Below are positions 9,342-19,321 of a stretch of DNA of 43,580 nucleotides, piece after piece. Numbering within the stretch: position 1 is the first letter of the stretch; every line of letters begins with the position of its first letter. Below the pieces are notes generated by a model. The model ran no database searches, had not been told where the DNA came from, and saw only the letters and a list, made by a program, of their open reading frames with translations. The stretch comes from Methanobrevibacter sp. (GTDB taxonomy: Archaea; Methanobacteriota; Methanobacteria; Methanobacteriales; Methanobacteriaceae). The stretch is from NCBI GenBank assembly GCA_030539795.1, contig JAUNXN010000002.1, forward strand, positions 1-43,580, read 5' to 3'. The translations under genes were made by a program, and so were the position numbers.

Positions 9342-10429
9342 ATAACGAGTTTAATTTACAGGATTATTTGGCAAACGGCGTTGAAATCATCATAAAAGAT
9401 GCGCTTCGGGCTTCCCTAAAAAATCCGAAAGAAATATTATTCCTACGTAGATTTTCAAAACACACCAAAAAAGCTAATGAAATTAGGCAAAAATATGATG
9501 AGAATGGCCAGAACATTCCTGCCTTTTTGATTGCAAGCATTACAAGCAGCTGCAACCTGCACTGTACAGGATGCTATTCACGTGCAAACAACGCATGCAG
9601 TGATGATGCTCCGCTAAATCAGCTTTCCGGAGAAGAATGGGGAGATATATTTAATGAAGCAAAAGATCTTGGAATCAGTTTCATTGTTCTTGCAGGTGGA
9701 GAACCTATGCTTAGGGAGGACGTTATTCTCAAGGCAAGCGATTTTCCCGAAATTCTATTTCCGATATTTACAAATGGAACAATGCTCGATGAGGATTATT
9801 TGAAACTATTGGATAAACACAGAAATCTTGTTCCGATATTATCTATAGAAGGGGATGAGGAAGTAACTGATTCAAGGCGTGGCGAAGGCGTTTACAGCAA
9901 ATTGGTTGATTCAATGGAGTTAATGAAGAAGAACAATATAATATTCGGCGCTTCACTTACATTTACAAAAGACAATTTATCCACATTGCTTTCAGATGAA
10001 TATATCGAAATATTGCATGATTTTGGATGCAAGGTAATATTTTTCATTGAATATGTTCCAGTTAATGGGGAAACAATTGAGCTTGCACCAAGCGACAACG
10101 AACGGGAATTGCTGTTCAATGAAATAAACCGTTTAAGAAAAGAATATGATGACATGCTATTTTTATCATTTCCTGGAGATGAAAAGACTTCCGGAGGATG
10201 TCTCGCTGCAGGCAGAGGATTTTTCCATATAAATTCCCATGGAGGCGCTGAACCTTGTCCAGCGTCACCTTATTCAGACATCAACGTTAAGGACACATCA
10301 CTTCTAGAAGCATTAAACTCCAAACTGTTCAAATCACTAAGAGATGGCGGTCTTCTTATGGATGATCATGAAGGAGGCTGCGTCCTGTTTGAAAATGAAG
10401 ATGAAGTTAAAAAACTATTAAATGAATAA
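9338..10429 (+). CDS. Radical SAM protein with SPASM/twitch-like C-terminal domain
   Basis: CNLHCTGC (CxxxCxxC), GGEP, FTNG, SIEG, C-terminal GCLAAGRG...EPCP...GGC; ATGA overlap with tetR. Confidence 0.92.
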   Translation: MNNEFNLQDYLANGVEIIIKDALRASLKNPKEILFLRRFSKHTKKANEIRQKYDENGQNIPAFLIASITSSCNLHCTGCYSRANNACSDDAPLNQLSGEEWGDIFNEAKDLGISFIVLAGGEPMLREDVILKASDFPEILFPIFTNGTMLDEDYLKLLDKHRNLVPILSIEGDEEVTDSRRGEGVYSKLVDSMELMKKNNIIFGASLTFTKDNLSTLLSDEYIEILHDFGCKVIFFIEYVPVNGETIELAPSDNERELLFNEINRLRKEYDDMLFLSFPGDEKTSGGCLAAGRGFFHINSHGGAEPCPASPYSDINVKDTSLLEALNSKLFKSLRDGGLLMDDHEGGCVLFENEDEVKKLLNE

Positions 10430-10442
10430 AAAATAGAAAAAT

Positions 10443-11171
10443 TTACTCTTTGGATTTAACTGAGGTTACAAAAATTACAAACAAAGAAATCAAAACCAAA
10501 GATAATGGATTGCCTGTTGAATAGAGGGATTTGGCAACATTATCTGAATAGTCATCATCTTTTGAATGACGTTCAAAGACATCTATCTCCTCTTCTTCAT
10601 AGCTTTCATTGTTTAAATTGATACTGTCTGTTGTTAGGTTTGCCTTATTAATCTTTTCACCAGCAGAAAGTGCTTTTACAGTGATATTTAAAAAAACTTC
10701 ACCGTCTTCAACAGATAGATTTCCAATATTCCATATGCCGGTTTTTGGATTGAAAGTACCTTTTGTTGTTGTATGCTTTATATATTTTAACCCATCAGGC
10801 AGCTGATCATATACTTTAACATTTTTAGCCATATCCGGGCCATTATTTATAACACTGACAATCCAGACAACATAATCACCAATATAGACATTTTCTACAT
10901 TGGCATCATTATCCAATACTAAATAAGCTGAAGAATCTGTTTTTTCGTTGGATTCATTACTGGATAAAATTTCTTCATCAGCAGTGATTTCCAAATTATC
11001 TTCACCATCATTAGACAGTTCCAAGTCAGGCTCTTGTGAAATGTCATCATTTAATTCCAATACTGCATCTGTACTGTTGGAATCATTTGCATTTACACAA
11101 GACAATGACAACAATGAAAGCATTATCATCAAAGCTATGAAAATTTTATATCTAATTTTGAAAACCTCCAA
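10443..11171 (-). CDS. DUF11-domain surface (adhesin-like) protein with C-terminal anchor
   Basis: Signal peptide, acidic linker, VINNGPDMAKNVKVYDQLPDGLKY...GIWNIGNL (DUF11), C-terminal STGNP + hydrophobic helix + KSKE. Start codon uncertain. Confidence 0.85.
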   Translation of the reverse strand: MEVFKIRYKIFIALMIMLSLLSLSCVNANDSNSTDAVLELNDDISQEPDLELSNDGEDNLEITADEEILSSNESNEKTDSSAYLVLDNDANVENVYIGDYVVWIVSVINNGPDMAKNVKVYDQLPDGLKYIKHTTTKGTFNPKTGIWNIGNLSVEDGEVFLNITVKALSAGEKINKANLTTDSINLNNESYEEEEIDVFERHSKDDDYSDNVAKSLYSTGNPLSLVLISLFVIFVTSVKSKE

Positions 11172-11222
11172 TATATAAATCTATTTATCATTATAAAACT
11201 ATAAATAATTATAGGTAATATT

Positions 11223-11888
11223 ATGAACAAAAACATTAAACTCATTGAAAATCCGGATTTATTAATCAATGCCAGGAACCCTCAAGGAAAATTAGGTAAT
11301 AAATTAATAGATAAAATGAATGTTAATCATGAAGGATTGGCAAAATGGAGTTTAAGTCATTTAGATATATCAAAAGATAATGTTATCCTGGATATTGGCT
11401 GTGGCGGCGGAGTTAATGTCAGCCGATTTTTGAAAATGACCGAAAACAAGGTCTTTGGCATTGACTATTCCGAACTTGCAGTTGAAAGATCCATCAAATT
11501 GAATAAATCTGCAGTTGATGAAGGCAAATGTGAAATTATTGAAGCTTCAGTTTCCGATTTACCCTTCAATGACAATAGCTTTGATATCGTAACAGGATTT
11601 GAAACTGTTTATTTCTGGCTAGATTTTGTAAATGATTTGAAAGAAGTTTTAAGAGTATTGAAAGATGATGGAATCATATTCATTGCAAATGAAGCGCTTC
11701 CAAAAGAGGGTGATGAGCGCCAAAAAGAACTTATTGAGTTATTGGGCATGAAGATATATTCAGAAGATGAATTGGTTGAATCTTTAAAATTGGCGGGATT
11801 TTCAAATGTAACCACATATATCAAGGATTCGAAAGACTCATTTACAGGTGAAGATGCTGACTGGATTTGTGTAATTGCCCGAAAATAA
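11223..11888 (+). CDS. Class I SAM-dependent methyltransferase (Methyltransf_11-like)
   Basis: ILDIGCGGG, GIDYSE, LPFNDNSFDIVTGFETVYFW, EVLRVLK. Confidence 0.92.
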   Translation: MNKNIKLIENPDLLINARNPQGKLGNKLIDKMNVNHEGLAKWSLSHLDISKDNVILDIGCGGGVNVSRFLKMTENKVFGIDYSELAVERSIKLNKSAVDEGKCEIIEASVSDLPFNDNSFDIVTGFETVYFWLDFVNDLKEVLRVLKDDGIIFIANEALPKEGDERQKELIELLGMKIYSEDELVESLKLAGFSNVTTYIKDSKDSFTGEDADWICVIARK

Positions 11889-11972
11889 CTATTTTTTTAC
11901 AATTTTAAAAAAGTATTTTAAAAATAAGTTACATATATAATGATGTTATATTATTGAATTGGATTGAATGTT

Positions 11973-12932
11973 ATGAGTATTGAAAAGTTAATTGGCAATA
12001 CACCAATGATAAAAGTTAATTATGAATATGAAGGAAAACCGGGAAGCATATACACTAAACTTGAATTCTACAATTATTCTGGAAGTATTAAAGACAGAAT
12101 GGCAATGTATATCCTTACAAAAGAAAGGGAAAACGGCAACCTAAAAGAAGGCCAATCAATTGTGGAAGTTACAAGCGGAAATACCGGCATTGCCTTCAGC
12201 GCAATCGGCGCTTTGATGGGACATGACGTTCATATTTACATGCCGGATTGGGTGTCCCTTGAAAGAAGAAAAATCATTGAAATGTATGGTGCCCATGTTC
12301 ATCTCGTATCAAAAGAGGAAGGCGGATTTAAGGGAGCTCTTGAGCTTGCAAAAGATTTCGCTGAAGAAATAAATGCATTCAGACCACTCCAATTTGATAA
12401 CAAATTAAACGTTGAAGCCCAATATAAAACAACCGGCCAGGAAATCATTGATGCCGTTCCCGAAGTCAACGCATTCGTTTCAGGAATAGGAACCGGCGGT
12501 ACTCTGATGGGAATCGGGAAAAGATTGAAGGACAACAATCCAGATTCCAAAATATTTGCCCTGGAGCCATCCACATTATCAATCCTTAAAATGGGCATGG
12601 AAGAGGGAAGCCACATGATTGAAGGAATCGGAGATGACTTTATTCCTGGAATTGTTGAGCAGGATTTAATTGATGATATTGTATTGATTCATGACTGTGA
12701 TGCAATCAACATGTCAAAAAGAATAGCTAAGGAATTGGGATTAGGAATTGGAATTTCCAGCGGTGCAAACTTCCTTGCAAGCGTTATAATGGATAGTGAT
12801 GAGTTTACAATAGCTACTGTTTTTCCAGATGACAATAAAAAATACATTACAACAAAGCTATCCGAAGAAGTTGACCCGGACCCTAAACTGATTTCAAATA
12901 AAATAAAGCTTCTTGGTTTTGAAGTAATCTAA
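11973..12932 (+). CDS. cysK: PLP-dependent cysteine synthase family protein
   Basis: LIGNTP, KLEFYNYSGSIKDR (PLP Lys), EVTSGNTG, GIGTGGT, HMIEGIG, GISSGAN. ATG at 11973 preferred to TTG at 11964. Confidence 0.88.
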   Translation: MSIEKLIGNTPMIKVNYEYEGKPGSIYTKLEFYNYSGSIKDRMAMYILTKERENGNLKEGQSIVEVTSGNTGIAFSAIGALMGHDVHIYMPDWVSLERRKIIEMYGAHVHLVSKEEGGFKGALELAKDFAEEINAFRPLQFDNKLNVEAQYKTTGQEIIDAVPEVNAFVSGIGTGGTLMGIGKRLKDNNPDSKIFALEPSTLSILKMGMEEGSHMIEGIGDDFIPGIVEQDLIDDIVLIHDCDAINMSKRIAKELGLGIGISSGANFLASVIMDSDEFTIATVFPDDNKKYITTKLSEEVDPDPKLISNKIKLLGFEVI

Positions 12933-12943
12933 AAAAAAAGTTT

Positions 12944-12965
12944 AAACATAGGAAAACCTATGTTT
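12944..12965. terminator. Inverted repeat between convergent cysK and disulfide reductase
   Basis: AAACATAGG-AAAA-CCTATGTTT, 9-bp stem abutting the reductase stop codon, followed by a T-tract on the minus strand. Confidence 0.6.
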
Positions 12966-14414
12966 CTAGAATTCATAATGTATATTGTGTAATTTATACA
13001 AACAGACAGAACTGCTTGAAGGGAATGCATAAATCATATAATCCAACTCTTCAAGAGTTATTTTCTTATTTATAATAAATGCAAACATGTTTGCAACGTT
13101 TTCTGCATCGGCCGCATATATCTCGGCACCTACAATCTGCAAGTCCTTATCAACTATTACCTTTGCCTCGGCTGTCGTATCATTTTTAAGCTCTAAAGAG
13201 TATGATCTTCCATATCTAATTGTGTGCACTTCATATTCATCGCTTTCCTCAGCAATATATGCCGGAACTCCGACTGTGGCAATCCTTGGAATGGTATATG
13301 CAACTGCAGGAACAACAGGATATGTTATCTCATCGGCTTCGCCCAACAGCTCCTTTGCGAGGTACTTTGAGTGATGTATTGCAACTGTTACGAGCTTTGC
13401 AATTCCAGTGTCTGCAACATCTCCTGAGGCATATATATTCGGAACATCCGTCTGCAGGTGTCCATTTACTTTAATTCCCTGTTTAGTGTATGTCAAACCG
13501 ACATTTTCAAGGCCAATATCTTCCACATTTGCTGTACGGCCCATCGCAGCAATGACATAATCGCCAGTTAGTGTTAATCCGCTTTCACAGTTGACAGTGA
13601 ATCCTTTTTCATGGGCAATATTGTCTATTTTTGATTCCGGATCTCTTAAAAATTCATCTGAATTCATTGCATTTTCAGTATTCAGAACTTTATCTTCAGG
13701 ATTGACAATGTCCACATTACATATGATTTCTTTTACTGTTTGGTTAAAATGGAACCTGATATTCTTTTCCTTTAAAATATCAATGACCTTTTGAACGTAA
13801 GGCTGATGGAAGTATTTCAAGGCCATATCTCCCCTAATGATTACATCGGCTTCCAGACCCGCTTCTGCAAGTATTGATGCGAATTCCATGCCCACAAAAC
13901 CTGCACCTATGATGATTGTATGTTTCGGAAGTTCATCAATATCCAAAAAGTCTGTACTGTCATGAAGGTATTGCTTGCCTGGAATGTCCGGAATGACAGG
14001 CTTTAATCCTGTGCATATTACAATCTTGTCGGTTGTAAATGTATCGTCTCCGACCTGAACTGTATGTTCATCTAGAATCACACCCTTGCCATGAGCAACA
14101 TCCAAGTCATATTCATCGAATTTGCCATCTAAAAAGATGGACATTCCAGCAATGCGTTTTCTTTTGAATTCCATTAAGTCTGACCAATTCACATCGAAAT
14201 TACCTTCTTTTCCCACACCTTCAAAGTTATTGGTCAAAGCCTTGATTTCATATGGAGCATCCAAAAGCGCTTTGGAGTTGCAGCCCCTGTTCGCACATGC
14301 ACCTCCATATAAACTTTCCTCGATGATTAATATCTTAAGGCCTGCTTTCCTTAAGAATCGTCCACCCTGCCATGCGGCATTTCCGCTTCCAATATAAATA
14401 ACATCATAATCCAT
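12966..14414 (-). CDS. Class I pyridine nucleotide-disulfide oxidoreductase (glutathione-reductase-like)
   Basis: YIGSGNAA FAD motif, redox GGACANRGC, IIGAGFVGMEFA, AMGRTAN, IYASGD, C-terminal dimerisation domain. Confidence 0.9.
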   Translation of the reverse strand: MDYDVIYIGSGNAAWQGGRFLRKAGLKILIIEESLYGGACANRGCNSKALLDAPYEIKALTNNFEGVGKEGNFDVNWSDLMEFKRKRIAGMSIFLDGKFDEYDLDVAHGKGVILDEHTVQVGDDTFTTDKIVICTGLKPVIPDIPGKQYLHDSTDFLDIDELPKHTIIIGAGFVGMEFASILAEAGLEADVIIRGDMALKYFHQPYVQKVIDILKEKNIRFHFNQTVKEIICNVDIVNPEDKVLNTENAMNSDEFLRDPESKIDNIAHEKGFTVNCESGLTLTGDYVIAAMGRTANVEDIGLENVGLTYTKQGIKVNGHLQTDVPNIYASGDVADTGIAKLVTVAIHHSKYLAKELLGEADEITYPVVPAVAYTIPRIATVGVPAYIAEESDEYEVHTIRYGRSYSLELKNDTTAEAKVIVDKDLQIVGAEIYAADAENVANMFAFIINKKITLEELDYMIYAFPSSSSVCLYKLHNIHYEF

Positions 14415-14509
14415 GTTTTAACCTCCTTTAAATATTTGTTCATAGTTAATTATATATTTAATTAATCTAAAAAATTATTATAACAATTAAGTAATTATAG
14501 AGGGTTTAA

Positions 14510-15301
14510 ATGATACTTGAATGCCAACAAAAGGATATTGAATCAGTTTTCAGCTATATTGGTGACGATTACGGAAAATGCTTATATATATACATAGATT
14601 TAAGGAAATATGGTCTTGAAGATGAAAACTTCAACGTATGGATTCAATTCAATGAAAACAATGACATTTGTGCCATAATCAGCGAATATTATGGAGGAAT
14701 CCAGATATACAGCAGAAATGAAGATTTCATTCAGGATGAGATTGTTGAGTTCATAAGACAAAAAGATCCTAATGTTCTGTTTTCAATAAAGCCAAACATA
14801 GATAAGCTTAAAATCCACTTGCCAGAATATGAACAGGAAACCGGAACTGTTGGTGAATTGAAAGAACTCAAATACCCTCCAAATCCCAATGCATATTCCG
14901 CACCATTTGAAGAGCTTGAAGAGATCGTTGGTATAATCGCCGAAGATGAAGATATCGGCAAGCCATACGGTTTTGAGTCATTATACGAACAGTATTGCGA
15001 AAGAAAAAAGGATAACTTCGGCCGCAATTTTGTTTTGCGCGATGAAGATAGCCATGAAATAATTTGTCATGCAGGCACCTATGCGGAACTTACCGAACTG
15101 GCAGTTATAGGTGGCGTAATAACTTCAATACCATTCAGAGGAAAAGGATTTTCTAAAGAAACATTATCCTCTCTTTGTGATGAATTGAAGTCCGAAAACA
15201 AAAGGATTTTTTCATTTTATTATATTCCCGCTGCAGAAAGAATGCACATTGGCGTAGGTTTTGAAAAAATAGAAGACTGGTCAAAATTATCAAAAATGTA
15301 G
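14510..15301 (+). CDS. GNAT family N-acyltransferase (two-domain), paralogue of 19322-20149
   Basis: C-terminal VIGGVITSIPFRGKGFS acetyl-CoA motif A and VGFE; N-terminal YIGDDYGKCLYIYIDL shared with the paralogue. Confidence 0.85.
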   Translation: MILECQQKDIESVFSYIGDDYGKCLYIYIDLRKYGLEDENFNVWIQFNENNDICAIISEYYGGIQIYSRNEDFIQDEIVEFIRQKDPNVLFSIKPNIDKLKIHLPEYEQETGTVGELKELKYPPNPNAYSAPFEELEEIVGIIAEDEDIGKPYGFESLYEQYCERKKDNFGRNFVLRDEDSHEIICHAGTYAELTELAVIGGVITSIPFRGKGFSKETLSSLCDELKSENKRIFSFYYIPAAERMHIGVGFEKIEDWSKLSKM

Positions 15302-15318
15302 GATTATATCCTACATTT
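15294..15318. terminator. Inverted repeat overlapping GNAT stop, between convergent genes
   Basis: AAATGTAGGAT-TAT-ATCCTACATTT, 11-bp stem containing the TAG at 15299-15301. Confidence 0.6.
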
Positions 15319-15326
15319 AAAAATAT

Positions 15327-16532
15327 CTATTCTGCATAATACTCTTTTTTGGAGATTTCCTCAATTTTATTAACTAAATTATCACTTTCTTTAATTAATA
15401 GAACTTTTTTAATTAATGCATCGGTCTTAGGATTGATTGAAAAGGTCATGCCGAAGGAAGCATATCTTTTTAGAGCAATTATGGCTGGAGATAATTCCTT
15501 ATATACGATGCCTAATTGTTCCTCATCATTTAAATCATAAGCCAATAACTCATTAATCTTATCGTCATTGAAATAATCCTCAAATTCGATTTGCTTTTCA
15601 GTCATTCGAACTAGTCTCCAGACATTTTTTGTAGCCTCAGTTTCAGCCTTCACTTTTCTTCTTTCCAGAATAATCTCCTCATGAGTTGATCTGATTTCTC
15701 TTAGGATATCCTCGGTATCATTGATTATTTTCTCATAACCTATTTCGGTGTCAATTATCCTACGATTTCCCGGTTTTTTAGGTTTCATAGTCTTTTCTCT
15801 GAAATCCTCCCCATATGCACGGGTGAAAAATTCTTCGGGATTTTTAGGAAATGACAATTCAACACCGTCAATTTCGATTTTTTCAGTATCCTTTAAGATA
15901 TCAGTATCATAATACTTATTGACAATACGGACTCTGGAGTACTGTTGAATATCTTCCCATTTATCAATGAAAATGTTCTTTTTGACTTCCTTATAGAATC
16001 TGGATCCTCCGCCGGTTAGGGAATATGCTCCATTCAAAACGGTGAGTCCGGTTTTCATATATCCCAGTTTATCATTCTCAACTTTTTTGCTTAAGAATTT
16101 ACGCAGCTTATGTTCTTTTCTTAATCTGCTGTTAAAAGGGCGGAATATATTTCCCTCTTTATCCATGAATTTAATTATTGGGTATATTCGTATTCTGATT
16201 CCCCAATGAAGGTTCCTATTGCGGTATATCACATCCATATCGGTAGTATTGCGATTTCCATAGGAAACGTATAACGGAACATAATTGGAGTTGTTGAAAG
16301 TTCCTTCAATATACCGGTCTTCATTATTTTCATTCTCAAAAATTTGGCAAAAGCGGTCAATGTCTCCCTGTGTCATTGCAACAGGAATCATTCTATTATC
16401 ATCATTAAATGTATGATTCAGATAAGCATGCAAAGCCCTTTTATCCGCAATTATATAATTAAGGTTATTTTTTGAGCAAATATCATCAATCTCTTGAAGC
16501 AGTTCAAGTTGAATATCCTGTTTAGTTTTCAT
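15327..16532 (-). CDS. LicD-like protein with degenerate catalytic motif
   Basis: LicD-like N-terminus (QDIQLELLQEIDDICSKNNLNY), IRIYPI and PKNPEEFFTRAYGED, but the GxxLG...PWDDDID region reads DKRALHAYLNHTFNDDNRMIPV. Confidence 0.72.
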   Translation of the reverse strand: MKTKQDIQLELLQEIDDICSKNNLNYIIADKRALHAYLNHTFNDDNRMIPVAMTQGDIDRFCQIFENENNEDRYIEGTFNNSNYVPLYVSYGNRNTTDMDVIYRNRNLHWGIRIRIYPIIKFMDKEGNIFRPFNSRLRKEHKLRKFLSKKVENDKLGYMKTGLTVLNGAYSLTGGGSRFYKEVKKNIFIDKWEDIQQYSRVRIVNKYYDTDILKDTEKIEIDGVELSFPKNPEEFFTRAYGEDFREKTMKPKKPGNRRIIDTEIGYEKIINDTEDILREIRSTHEEIILERRKVKAETEATKNVWRLVRMTEKQIEFEDYFNDDKINELLAYDLNDEEQLGIVYKELSPAIIALKRYASFGMTFSINPKTDALIKKVLLIKESDNLVNKIEEISKKEYYAE

Positions 16533-18189
16533 TGTTTAACACCTCAATCAATTCGGCTTCCATATCCATACGGCTGATTCCGCTCTCATCTTCAACCTTC
16601 TGCCATATTATGCCGTTTCTTGTATTGTCGACTGATTTTCTATAAAGGTCCATTGCCGCATCCTTGTCTCCGCATTCTGATTTTGCCTGAGCATTATATG
16701 CCATTGTTTCACCGTCAAATGGATACATTGATAAAACATGGCTGCACAATTCATCAATCTTTTTATAATCGTCAACGGATTCGGCTTCTTTTTCCATAAT
16801 CCATATTTTAGCACGAAGTATATCTATCAAGTCAGGATATTCGCTTTCATACTTATCGACAAGCTCCTTTACCAGGCCAATATCCTTTTCATCATATCTT
16901 GCTACGGAAATGTCATGGCATATCTGGACAATATTTCTGATTTCATTGAATTCATCATTTAAAGGTTCCTCTTGCGCTTCACGGGTCCTTAAAAACTTTG
17001 GAACATTGTAATATTCCCCTTGTCCGATCAGACTGAAGAGGTATGTTGCAAGATTCTTGTCTGATATCGGAACTTGAATATTAAAGAACAGCGCATCTTT
17101 AGTCTTTTGCAGTTTAAGGTAGCTTTCAAATTCCTTGGATAATTCGTCATATTTCCTTTCTTCAAGAAGTGAACGCAGATAATCATCTTTTCCTTCCAGA
17201 TCTTTTGATACATGGAATGAACCGACATAAATCTTTTCTTTAGCAATCAGCATGTCTATTTTTCTTTGCTTATAAAATACACCTGCATTATTGTGTTTGT
17301 TGATTCTGAATTTCTTAAACACGGATTCGCGATTTATCTTTGGAAGATATCTTTTGGTATATTCCTCAAATGGAAGGTAATCGTTTCTCACTGCATTGTG
17401 GAAAATCTGCTCTTCATATACGGGAATATACATCCAGCTGTCACCGTATGCTCCCCTGAGAAAACCTTCCGGCTTGTAGCCCAATGGGAATTCGCCGTCT
17501 TCGAATTTTCCCATTTCAGGTTCAAGCTGATAATGTTCGCTTTTGTAAACGTGATTTCTGATTCCCCATGTCATCATATAATGGTCACATTCTTCGGGAT
17601 AATGCGTTAATGTATATTCAATCTCCTTGAGGACCTTCTCTTCACCTTCCGCCTCTATCCTTTTACAGTAATGTTCATAGAGTTCATAATGCTTTTGCCA
17701 ATCCTCAAGTGAAGTTTCCTTATTAACAACAAAATAAGGGGATACCAATTCAGTATAGACATGCATCAAATCCATATATTCCTTTTCTGCCTCTTCACCT
17801 ACAGGCATCGGATTGAAAATGAAAAATTCTATTTGGTTTCCGCAGGATTTGGCAGGCAATGACTGGGAAACATAGATTGTGGTTGTATTGAGATTCACAT
17901 ATCTTGCAAGAGGGTTGCAGTAATAGGGGGTGTTTTCATTATATACAAAAGAACGTCCTTCAGGAAGAATATCATCTTCAGTTTCCAGGACATGAACTAG
18001 CTTATTCCAATTATCCCGGGTTATATATAAATCGATGTCATCATCCCACGGCATGAAACGACGATTTCTGACAGAACCTAACATGGCCCCGGCAGCCAAT
18101 ATATACTCAATGTCATATTTTTTAAAAATTTCATCTAATTCAACTAATAATTGATATAGATTCTTTTGTATCTGATTCATTTCACTCAA
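16522..18189 (-). CDS. licD: LicD family phosphotransferase with C-terminal helical/TPR-like region
   Basis: YILAAGAMLGSVRNRRFMPWDDDIDL, FLRGAYGDSWM; C-terminal YPFDGETMAYNAQA...GDKDAAMDLYRK TPR-like. Confidence 0.87.
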   Translation of the reverse strand: MSEMNQIQKNLYQLLVELDEIFKKYDIEYILAAGAMLGSVRNRRFMPWDDDIDLYITRDNWNKLVHVLETEDDILPEGRSFVYNENTPYYCNPLARYVNLNTTTIYVSQSLPAKSCGNQIEFFIFNPMPVGEEAEKEYMDLMHVYTELVSPYFVVNKETSLEDWQKHYELYEHYCKRIEAEGEEKVLKEIEYTLTHYPEECDHYMMTWGIRNHVYKSEHYQLEPEMGKFEDGEFPLGYKPEGFLRGAYGDSWMYIPVYEEQIFHNAVRNDYLPFEEYTKRYLPKINRESVFKKFRINKHNNAGVFYKQRKIDMLIAKEKIYVGSFHVSKDLEGKDDYLRSLLEERKYDELSKEFESYLKLQKTKDALFFNIQVPISDKNLATYLFSLIGQGEYYNVPKFLRTREAQEEPLNDEFNEIRNIVQICHDISVARYDEKDIGLVKELVDKYESEYPDLIDILRAKIWIMEKEAESVDDYKKIDELCSHVLSMYPFDGETMAYNAQAKSECGDKDAAMDLYRKSVDNTRNGIIWQKVEDESGISRMDMEAELIEVLNNEN

Positions 18190-18204
18190 TTAAAGCACTC
18201 CTTT

Positions 18205-19269
18205 CTAAGAATTGATAATCTCTTCAATTGCACAAATTAAATTTTCAACATCTTCTTTTGTATGATTTCCCACATGGGAAACTCTAAACATGATGTCTGC
18301 TGAATCTCCTCCGCTCGGATTAACAGTCAAATCGTATCTGTCAATCAGCTTTCTATATATTTCACCGGCATTCCCATCAGGAAATATTACTGGAGTTACA
18401 GCGTTTGATAAAGGATAATCCGGATAATTCAAACCTATTTCCCTTATTCTTTTTCTGAAATAGACTGCAAGTTCATTGGTTTGCTTTATTATATTCTCTA
18501 TTCCCTTCTCTTCCAGGCGTTTAACCATATCCTCAAGCTCAATGACGACCCTTACAGCAGGGGTGAATGGAGTCTGTCCCCTTTCACCATTATTTAAATA
18601 ATCCTTGAAATCAAAGTAAATTGATTTGGAATCGATGCCATCTATTCTTTCCACCATTCTTTCACTCAATGCGACAATTGATAATCCTGGAGCCAATGAC
18701 AATGCCTTTTGAGAGCTTAATATAACAACATCAACGCCGTACTTATCCATATTTAATTCATCTGCCAAAAATGAACTGATTGCATCTATAACGAATATTA
18801 AATCATGTTCCCTGCAAAGTTCTGATAGCATATTAATATCATATAGCTGGCCGTTAGATGTTTCATCCAGATTAACAAGCAAACCGGTGAACTTTTCATC
18901 ACCCATGACCTCATCTATTTTTTCCCGGGTCAATGCTTCATTCTCTTCAAGTTTAACAGCTTTATAAGGAACTTCATGAACATCACAGATTTGAGTAAAG
19001 CGATGCCCGAATGAACCTCCATCAATAACAATCAGATTATCATCTTTTGTAAAACAGTTCATTATGGTTGCTTCCATAGCTCCTGTTCCGGAGGAGGTTA
19101 ATAAAATTATTTCTCCCTTTTCATTAAACAATAACCTTTTTAATCCTGCGCATGCAGAAAATACCACTTGAGAAAATTCATCATTTCTAAAGTAAGGTAC
19201 CTGTTTTCCACCGATTTCCAATGTTTCCGGAAACATTTCAACCGGTCCAATTGTGAATAAATGGCTCAT
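18205..19269 (-). CDS. Class V PLP-dependent aminotransferase (alanine-glyoxylate/serine-pyruvate/AEP-transaminase family)
   Basis: LFTIGPV, SSGTGAMEA, GSFGHRF, ETSNG, IDAISS, SSQKAL (PLP Lys), TPFTP, FRVSHVG. ATG 19269 follows AGGAG RBS. Confidence 0.9.
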   Translation of the reverse strand: MSHLFTIGPVEMFPETLEIGGKQVPYFRNDEFSQVVFSACAGLKRLLFNEKGEIILLTSSGTGAMEATIMNCFTKDDNLIVIDGGSFGHRFTQICDVHEVPYKAVKLEENEALTREKIDEVMGDEKFTGLLVNLDETSNGQLYDINMLSELCREHDLIFVIDAISSFLADELNMDKYGVDVVILSSQKALSLAPGLSIVALSERMVERIDGIDSKSIYFDFKDYLNNGERGQTPFTPAVRVVIELEDMVKRLEEKGIENIIKQTNELAVYFRKRIREIGLNYPDYPLSNAVTPVIFPDGNAGEIYRKLIDRYDLTVNPSGGDSADIMFRVSHVGNHTKEDVENLICAIEEIINS

Positions 19270-19321
19270 ATTCTTTTCTCCTATTTTCATATCATTACTT
19301 TAATCATAATTCAAATAATCA

